The notes under the pieces are model-generated. The model saw only the letters and a list, made by a program, of their open reading frames with translations, was not told the origin of the DNA and ran no database searches. Below, one piece after another: positions 54,861-64,000 of a stretch of DNA of 64,000 nucleotides. This DNA is from Octopus vulgaris. Its lineage: Eukaryota. The stretch is from assembly GCA_951406725.2 (NCBI GenBank), contig OX597826.1, forward strand, positions 58,280,001 to 58,344,000, read 5' to 3'. Both the position numbers and the translations under genes were made by a program. The first letter of the stretch is position 1, and each line of letters begins with the position of its first letter.

Positions 54861-57497
54861 AAATCAATACCATCATTAATACCTTTGCCATCAGTTCACC
54901 GCTGAAAGATGAAATCCTTTCCAGCCCGACTTTTTCCTTCTCTTCTGAGTATAACAATGTTGTAGTACTTGCTATAATTCCTGCTGATGTTTAAACGTAC
55001 ACAGCACATTTTATCAAGAGCCACATCACCGACTGTATCCCTCTCTGTCTAAAACGATTGAACGTTATTATCCTATGGTTTTCACTGTTATTTTTAATAG
55101 CTACTTCGTTCATAGGCTGAAATAAATCCATTTACTTCCATTATCTCCTCTCCCATAAATTTAATGAATTTTTCACTGTGCTTACTGTACAGAGCTAACA
55201 TGTTGGCTGTCAGTGTCTTCTCTATGTTTTGTCTATTTATATATCTATCTATCTATCTATGTATGCATACTCATTGTCTAACGAACAACAAAACAGTTTC
55301 ACATACTTAGTTGCTGATTGGTTTGTTCCTTTGCGATCAGGCACAATTCAAATCATCAGGATATCGTAAAATTTATGAAACCTTTTACGACGATTACTTA
55401 GTCAAAACAAATCTCTATCATTTAGAAAGCAATAACAATAACAGGCTAGATTCTAGCATCTTCTCCGTCTTTTATGTATCTATGTATGTATGTCTCATAT
55501 GTAATTATTTACCGATCGACAAATTAGATGCAGATAACTGGCAAACGTTGAAATGCCGTATTCAACGAACGAACTTTACATATCCACACCGATTTCAAAT
55601 ATCAGCTTATCATTACTAAGCAACGTGAAACAGGCATCTAGCCTCATTGCCATTGTTCAGTCTATCAAAAATGACTGCTAATTTTTTCCTGATACCACGC
55701 AGTAATATCTTAGGAAAAGGAAGGACACATTGGACAGTGTAGTCCTAGATGTGTTATACCTTAAAAAAAGATAAGACGGTCAAGAACTGAATGCCTTTGG
55801 TCATAGGTTTTAATCATTACCACCCTCCACTGCCAAAATCAACGCAGCTACCATCTTTCAACCGAAAACTCCATCTTACCCCTATTCCTACTACCATGCT
55901 GGTCATAATCTTCGCCTTTTCAACGAATTCCATGAATTTAAACTTCGCTGTCCTCTTCAAAATCTCACAAACATGACCATCCAAACAACCTCTACCAATA
56001 CCACCACCACCACCACGACCACCACAATCACCACCAAAATCCTCCACCTCCTCCTCCTCCTCCTCCTCCTCATCATCATCATCATCATCATCATCATTAT
56101 TTCCGTTCTTCTCCGCCTCCTGCTCCCCATTTGTCCCCTTTTAGACCTTCATTGCTGCTGCTGCTGGTGATGCTGCTGCTGATCCTCCTCTTCCTCCTCT
56201 TACCCCTCCTCCTCCCTCTCGTCGTCGTCGTCGTCGTCGTCATCATGTCAGTCACATTCATCGCCTTTCACAGACGTTCAATGAATCCAACGATCTCCAA
56301 AAAGCTTGTCTTCGAGACAGCATCGATTCTGCCATCCATTTCTTCCCCCTCTCCACCACTTTCCACTCTTCTTCCTATCATCATCATCATCATCCTCATC
56401 ATCCTCATCATCCTCATCATCATCATCATTATTGTGAACGTCATCATTACCTTACAACATCCCTCATTTGAAACGTTCCACGAACCCACCATGCCACTCT
56501 CGTTTGATTTTCAAACATGGCCGCTGTTATTGCAATTACAGTTCCGTTTCGTCTAATCGATGAAAGCATCAAATATTCAGACGGAGACAACTTCACACAA
56601 GTTCGAATCTCTGTCATCTATAGTTTCTAGAGTAGGCTTGAACATATTTATATAATTTGTCACCTTTTTACAGTGGACAGCCTTATTTTAGCCCTCGCTG
56701 ACCAGCGCAATCATCTCGCTTTTTCAACTTTGACCCTTTTTACCAACCAGGTTTCCTTCACAAATAAACAAGAGTGTCCCTCACCGCAACCAGTGCAACA
56801 CTCCCTACCAATGCCAGTCAATTTTGTCCACCAATACCATCACCGCAATAACCACCACCACCACCACCACCACCACTACCACTACCAACACCACCACAGC
56901 TACCACCACTACCACCACCTCCATTATCAGCATCATAATCACTACCTCCACTACTACAATCACCACCATCACCATAGCAATCATCATCATCACATACCAT
57001 CGCCGCCGCCGCACATACCATCTCCTCCAATGCATAAACCGTTTTATCTAAACTACTAACACCTACCATTGAGTTCATTTATGAATTATTTGCATCTTTC
57101 TTTCTCTTTCTTTTCTTTCTCTTTCCCTGCATCACCCTTCTTCAGTTTCTCTCCTTTAAAGACACTCCACCCAAATCCAGATACCTTACTGGACACTTTG
57201 CCAAATTTTATCCCTCCTTATCACCGACCAAAACTAAAAGTTTCACTCCCTCCGCTTCGCCGACACCAACTTCACAATACATAAGTGTTATCACTACCAC
57301 GTGTGTACACACGCACACACGCACGCGTATATATTCATATGTGTGTGTGTGTGTAAATATATATATGTGTGTGTGTGTAAGTATACGTATGTATATATAT
57401 ATATATATTTATATATATATGTATGCATGTACATATATATATATGTATGTATATATATATATGTATATGAATATATATATATACGCACACATACACG

Positions 57498-57567
<70 letters not shown>

Positions 57568-58201
57568 ACTGTGTACGTATATGTATATTCATATATGTGT
57601 GTGTTTATGTATTTATGTATATGTATATTTATACATATATACATATATATATATATACACACACGCATATACACACACACACACGCACACATATACACGT
57701 GCACCCCCCACACACTCACATTCTAAGCCCTATCTTTGTAGCTACACGGTGTTACCAACAATTCTCCGTCCCTCCTTCCTTGCCTTCCGTTTTAGTCTCT
57801 CAATCCCCGTTGTTCTTCCAATTTCACCTTTTCCTGTTGTATTCTAAGAATGTTGTCTTCGCGTTTTATTCAAAGTCCAGTCAATTTGTCCAGCAGAAGA
57901 CACACTACAAACCTAAGCTTTTTCTACCGGCATTATGTTAGGACATATTATGTCCCCATCCCTTACTCCCGACTCTTTCTCCTCCATTTTGTCTTCCCCT
58001 TCTCTCTTCTTTCTCTCTTTCTGGTGCCTTCTTTCTAGAGTCCCCTTAGTGACTCGTCCCCTTTCTCTCCACCTCCCCCCCTCTCTCTCTCTCTCTCTCT
58101 GTCTTACTATTTAACTCATTCTTAGTACCAATTCTCATTTGGGACATGATCCTTCTTACTCTCACTCTTCTATTTTTCTTTCTTTCGCCCTCCCTCTATC
58201 C

Positions 58202-58245
<44 letters not shown>

Positions 58246-58280
58246 TTCCTTTCTGTGTTTCTTTCTTTCTTTCTCTTTCG

Positions 58281-58592
58281 TGAAGGCACGTGGCTTAGTG
58301 GTTAGGGTATTCAGCTCACGATCGCAAGGTCGTGAGTTCGATCCCCGGCGACGCGTTGTGTCCTTGAGCAAGTCACTTTATTTCACGTTGCTCCAGTCCA
58401 CACAGTTGGTAAGAAAGAGTAAAAGTAGTACGTGTATCTCGAAGGGCCAGTCTTGTCCCACTCAGTGTCATGCTGACTCTCCCCGAGAACTACGTTGGGA
58501 GCACTCGTGTCTGTGGAGTTCTCAGCCACTTACATATTAATTTCACGAGCTGGCAGTCCCGTTGATCGAATCAACTGAAACCGTCGTCGTTA
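58281..58592 (+). mobile_element. SINE family C (CORE-like), 3' end cut by a palindromic element
   Basis: gaaggcacgtggcttagtggttagggtattcagctcacgatcgcaaggtcgtgagttcgatcccc...tgtccttgagcaagtcactttatttcacg. Confidence 0.85.
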
Positions 58593-58594
58593 GC

Positions 58595-58854
58595 GAATAT
58601 GCATTCTATGTTCATCAGTGCAACACATTCAACATATATAAGAAAAAACATAACGTTACAAGCTCGATAGCCAGCCGTAGAATTCGTCGTAGCATGTACA
58701 TACCTATGAAAAGCCCGCCATTTTCATAGATATGTAAAGATAAACATTCGTACATGCTACGACGAATTCTACGGTTGGCTATCGTGCTTGTAACGTTATG
58801 TTTTTTCTTATATATGTCGAGTTTGTTGCACTGATGAACATAGAATGCATATTC
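58595..58854. mobile_element. 260-bp near-perfect fold-back element with a nested inner hairpin
   Basis: Arms 58595-58699 and 58750-58854 are reverse complements with few mismatches. The loop contains tatgaaaa-gcccgcca-ttttcata. Confidence 0.85.
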
Positions 58855-59100
58855 TGCATTACTTGCGAAATCACAGGTGATATGTAACTAAATTCTTTTT
58901 TTAAATGATTTGCTTTGAATGATTTGCTTTGAAGTTTTGCATTCGGTAAAATTTTGTTTATTTTAGTAGTTTTGACCGCATTGGTTCCTCTTTAGCGTGT
59001 GGTATCTACGAATAGTAGTACCCTCAATATAATATAAATAAATATTTTCAAAGTGGAAAGATTTACGGATACTTTCTTTCAAAGATTTTATCCTCAATTG

Positions 59101-59157
<57 letters not shown>

Positions 59158-59378
59158 CTAGCTAGGTAGATAGATAGATATACGTATGTATATGTATGTG
59201 ACGCATTACATGAGTGCATGCATGTGTGCTTTTGTGTTCGTTTATGTGTATGTCTGTGTGGGTGCGAAATACAAGAAATTGTGTTTGTCTATATCACATT
59301 GTATTTGTGTATATGTGTGTGTGTGTGTATACGTAGTAATATGCATACATTTCTGTGTATATGTTTGTTTTTTTGTGT

Positions 59379-59466
<88 letters not shown>

Positions 59467-60602
59467 ATACCCAAACCACGTTCACTTACCCCCACCCAAT
59501 CTATTCCATAATCTCTGTTTCTAACGTTTTCTGTTCCTTTTCTTTACGCGCATATACAGATATAAAACATACAAAGACATACAGCCTTACAGTAAACTGA
59601 ACACATACACGCAAATAACACCACCCCCACACACACACGCACGCACACATCTACAAAGTTTTTGCTTAGATCCATATCACAATTGTTCTAGCCAGATGTT
59701 CATATTGTAACTTCGATTCATTGTGCACCACTTGGCTGGACAGCTACATGGTCAGATCGTGAGACGGCTTCGTCGGTATTAAGATGGACGACAAATGGTT
59801 GGCTGGTTGGCTGGCTAGATAGATGGTTTGATGGTTTGATGGATGGATGAATGGATGGATGAATGGGTGGACAAATGGAGGGGAAAATTAGGCAGGGAAA
59901 GACTGGACTTGTCGCATAAGTTGGTTTGGCTTTGAACTTGCGTACAGCGGAAATACGTGTGTGTATGTAAAAGCAAAGTATGACCATGAATGTGTGTGTG
60001 TATATATGTGTGTGTGTGTGTGGTGGGGAGGCACGTGCGTGTTTGTGTAATTGCCTATGTTATAGGTTCGCGTATTTACATAAACATGCATTGCATAAAA
60101 GGTTCTTCTGATCGTGACCATTACACGGTGGGTATGTTTGTATGTATGTATGTACGTATGAATGCATGCTCGCATGTATGTATGTATGTATGCAAGCCTG
60201 TATGTATGTATGTATGTATGTATGCAAGCATGTATGTATGTATGCATGTATTTATGCATGTATGTGCGCATGTATGCATGTATACATATACATGCACATG
60301 CGTACAGGCATTCACACACATGTTTATGTACATATGTATATACATATATGCGACTGTGAAAGGTCATACTCATTGTGATTATAGCCTCATACATATGTAT
60401 GTATGTGTGCATGTATGTATATATGTATGCATGTGAAGATATGTATACTCACACATGCGTACATTCGCGCACACACACACATACATACGGACATTCTCAC
60501 ACACACACACACATATATATATTTATGTATGTATGTGTGTATGCACACAAATCTATCTCTCTCCCTCTCTCTTTCTATCATCTAACTATCTATCCACATA
60601 CG

Positions 60603-60666
<64 letters not shown>

Positions 60667-60866
60667 AGTTTTGATTTATTTGTATATTATATTTGAAATT
60701 TTTTACTTATATCTCTTTATCTTTTTACTATTACTGTATATCTCATTTCATTTTATATATTGCCTTTACTCATATGTAATGGTGTATTAAAGTATGGATT
60801 GAGTATCATCGGATAGTTGATGTTTTACTGATTTAAGTATGTTTCTCCATTCTCTAATTTTGTAGT

Positions 60867-60901
<35 letters not shown>

Positions 60902-61102
60902 ATGTTTGTATGTGTGTGCGTGTTTGTATGTGTGTGTGTCTCAATTTCGAGACAGTCGGAGATCCATAAATGTATATGTATGCATGTATGTATGTATGTA
61001 TGTATGTATGTATGTATGTATGTATGTATGTATGTATGTATTTATGCATGTAGGTATGTACACACACACGTGCATGTATGCAGTGACATAGACACAGACA
61101 TA

Positions 61103-61535
61103 GTTGCAGGAGTGGTTGTGTGGAAAGTAGCTTCCTTACAAACCACATGGTTCCGAGTTCAGTCCCACTGTGTGGCACCTTAAGCAAGTGTTTTCTACTT
61201 ATAGCCTTGGGCCGACCAAAGCCTTGTGAGTGGATCTGGTAGACGGAAGTTGAAAGAAGCCCGTTGTGTATATATATATATATATATACATATATATACG
61301 TGTGTGTGTCTGTCTGTGTCTGTGTATGCTTGTGTGTCTGTTTGTCCCCCTACCATCGCTTGACAACTGATGTTGGTGGGTTTACGAGCTCGTAACTTAA
61401 CGGTTCATCCAAAGCGCCCGATAGAATAAGAACTAGTTTCACAAAGAATAAGTCCTGTGGTTGATTTGCTCGATTAAAGGTGGTGCTCCAGCATGGTTGC
61501 AGTCAAATGACTGACACAAATAAAAGAATAAAAGA
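61103..61535 (+). mobile_element. Full-length SINE family A
   Basis: gcaggagtggttgtgtggaaagtagcttcc...gagttcagtcccactgtgtggcaccttaagcaagtg...ggtgctccagcatggttgcagtcaaatgactga. Confidence 0.9.
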
Positions 61536-61544
61536 CTTTGCATA

Positions 61545-62213
61545 CGAGGGGCGTTCAATAAGTAATGCCCCTGACCCACTTCCCATAGCAGTAGAGCAAC
61601 GAAACTTGGCACAGTTATTAGTCTTTTTCTACATAGGAACCACCCAGAGTTAAGCATTTCTCCCATCGTTGATGCAGCTCTGGAGACCGTTTTTATAGAA
61701 GACCCCAGCTTGGTCCTCCAACCACGACGTGACTTAAGAAATCAAGGCTGCATCATCTTGGAAACGCTTTCCTTTCAACAACAACTTCATGGCTGGGAAG
61801 AGGTGAAAATCAGAGAGTGTAAGGTCAGGAGAGTAGGGGAGATGGGGGAGGAGCTCATAGCCGCACGCCTATGCTTCTGATCTGGCTACACGCGAGTTGT
61901 GGACCGGAGCGTTGTCCTGCAGGAGGAGGATGCATTTGCTGATCTTGCCCCGCTTCTTGATTTTGATAGCTTCTCTTAATTTCCTCAAAAGTGAAGCATA
62001 ATAGGCTCCTGTAATTGTTGTACCATTGCCAGGAAATCTGTCATCACTACTCCGTCCTGGTCCCAGAAGACTGTGAGCATGACTTTGCCAGGGGAGGGCT
62101 GCACCCTTGCCTTCTTTGGAGGAGGTGAGTCACAGTGCTTCCACTGTATTGACTCGACTTTGGTCTCTGGATCATAGTGATGGACACAGGTTTCATCCTG
62201 TCTAATCAGTCTT
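61545..62213 (-). mobile_element. Mariner (DDD) transposon, 3' half with disrupted transposase
   Basis: TA|CGAGGGGCGTTCAATAAGTAATGC TIR at 61545. Minus strand: RLIRQDETCVHHYDPETKVESIQWKH..PPPKKARVQPSPGKVMLTVFWDQDGVV, LLLQDNAPVHNS, HLPYSPDLTLSDFHLFP, GSYVEKD* (stop 61618-61620), with frameshifts and stops. Confidence 0.92.
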
Positions 62214-62221
62214 TGATCTCT

Positions 62222-62375
62222 GTCGTGAGGTTATATGACGTTGCGTTAAATGACGTGAAAGGATGTGACGTGGGATGGCCTGAAATGACGTGACGTTAAA
62301 TAACGAGGCATGACGTGCCGTTGAACAACGTGACGGGAAGCTACGTTAAATGACGTTAAATGTTGTTAAATGACA
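62222..62375. repeat. Short degenerate array of TGACGT motifs
   Basis: atgacgttgcgttaaatgacgtg...aaatgacgtgacgttaaa...catgacgtgcc...aaatgacgttaaat. Confidence 0.75.
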
Positions 62376-62377
62376 GT

Positions 62378-64000
62378 CTTGACATTCCTGACATTCCAGA
62401 TATTCCAGACATTCCTGATATTCCAGACATTACAGACATTCCTGACATTACTGACATTCCAGACATTCCAGACATTCCTGACATTACTGACATTCCAGAC
62501 AGAGATCAAAGACGGTACCGAGAGAGATCGAAGAGGGTGCCGACATAGATCAAAGAGGATGCATACAGAGATCAAAGAGGGTAACGAAAGAGATCAAAGA
62601 CGGTGCCGACAGAGATCAAAGAAGGTGCCGACAGAGATCAAAGAGGGTGCCGAAAGAGATCAGAGAGGGTCCCGAAAGAGATCAAAGAGGTAGCGTAAAG
62701 ACATCAAAGAGGGTGTCGACAAAGATCAAAGAGGGTGCCGAAAGGGATCAAACAGGGTGCCGAAAGGGATCAAAGAGGTAGCCGAAAGAGATCAGATACG
62801 GTGCCGACAGAGATCAAAGACAGTGCCGACAGAGATCAAAGATGGTGCCCAAAAGAGATCAAAGAGGGTGGTGAAAGAGATCAAAGACGGTGCCGACAGA
62901 GATCAAAGACGGTGTCGAAAAGAGAGCAAAGAGGGTGGCGAAAGAGATCAAAGACGGTGCCGAGAGAAATCAAAGACGGTGCCGAAAGAGATCAAAGACG
63001 GTGTCGACAGAGATCAAAGAGGGAGTCGACAGAGATCAAAGAGGGTGCTGACAGAGATCAAAGAAGGAGCCGAAAGAGATCAAAGAGGGTACCGAAAAGA
63101 GACCAATATGGTGCCGACAGAGATCAAAGACGGTGCCAACAGAGATGAAAGAGAGTGCCGAAAGAGATCAAAGAGGGTGCCGACAGAGATCAAAGACATT
63201 CCAGACATTCCTGACATTCCAGACATTCCTGACATTCACTGACATTACTAACATTCCAGACATTCCAGACATTCCTGATATTCCAGACATTCCAGACATT
63301 CCTGACATTACTGACATTCGAGACATTCCTGACATTCCTGACATTCTTGACATTCCAGACATTCCAGACATTCCAGATATTCCTGACATTACTGAATTTC
63401 CAGACATTCCTACAAAGAATGGGCCGACAGAGATGAAAGACGGTGCCGACAGAGATCAAAGAGGGTGCCGACGGAGATGAAAGACGGAGCCAAAAGTGAT
63501 CAAAGACGGTGTCGACATAGATTAAAGAAGGAGCCGAAAGAGATCAAAGATGGTGCCGAAAGAGACCAAAGAGGGTGACGAAAAGAGATCAAAGAGGGTG
63601 TCGAAAGAGATCAAAAAGGGTGTCGACAGAGATCAAAGAGGGTGCAAACCGAGATCAAATACATTCCTGAAATTCCTGACATTTCAGACATTCCTGACAT
63701 TACTGACATTCCAGAACAAGGGGAGGAAGGAATGTTGAACATTCCAGAGTGGGGGATTCAGAGGTGAAGGGGAGGAAGTGGAGGAAGGAATGTTGAACAT
63801 TCCTGAGAGGGGGATTTGAGAGGTGAAGGGGAGGAAGGGGAGGAGGGAATGTTGAACATTCCAGAGAGGGAGAGGAATGAATTTTGAACATTCCAGAGAG
63901 GGGGATTTGACAGGTGAAGGGGAGGAAGGGGAGGAAGGAATGTTGAACATTCCAGAGAGAGGGATTTGAGAGTTGAAGGGAGGAAGGGGAGGAAAAATCG
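62378..64000. repeat. Composite satellite: alternating blocks of 9-bp GACATTCC(A/T) and 22-bp AGAGATCAAAGA(C/G)GGTGCCGA(C/A), then a ~55-bp unit
   Basis: 9-bp blocks ~62378-62500, 63194-63410, 63660-63715. 22-bp blocks ~62498-63195, 63420-63660. ~55-bp unit ggaggaaggaatgttgaacattccagagagggggatttgagaggtgaagggga from ~63720 to the window end. Confidence 0.92.

Noticed and set aside
56674-56750. Candidate 77-nt exon (ttttacag...cag|gtttcc)
   Set aside because: Weak donor site, unrecognised peptide and no partner exons.
62360-63480. ORFs encoding DIP repeats and PTEIKEGAERDQRR repeats as a structural protein
   Set aside because: The 22-bp unit is not a multiple of three, the same peptide appears in all frames, and indels and stops break the ORFs. 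It is a DNA satellite and not a CRISPR array (no unique spacers).

Overview
Eukaryotic, AT-rich DNA saturated with microsatellites. The recurring tRNA-derived SINE families are ones I recognise as typical of Octopus (cephalopod) genomes; this is pattern recognition, not a database match. I can support no intact host protein-coding gene: almost all listed ORFs are translations of (TA)n, (TATG)n, (CA)n, (AAT)n and (CAT)n tracts. The window is intergenic or deep-intronic and records many transposition events: three abundant SINE families, fragments of CR1, RTE and R4/Dong-like LINEs, a non-coding element that sits in (AAT)n tracts, Penelope-like ends with decayed minimal hammerhead ribozymes, a mariner remnant and MITE, and several fold-back palindromes. 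Most notable: (1) a composite satellite at 62.2-64 kb whose unit types match CRE-half, TEAD and TCF/LEF motifs; (2) a 512-bp solo LTR with a 4-bp TSD carrying CCAAT, a heat-shock element and a TATA box; (3) an RTE LINE with an apparent twin-priming 5' inversion and an 11-bp TSD; (4) a tRNA-headed short element bracketed by inverted Penelope-like hammerhead-bearing ends. Coordinates were read by eye and repeat boundaries may be off by a few bases.
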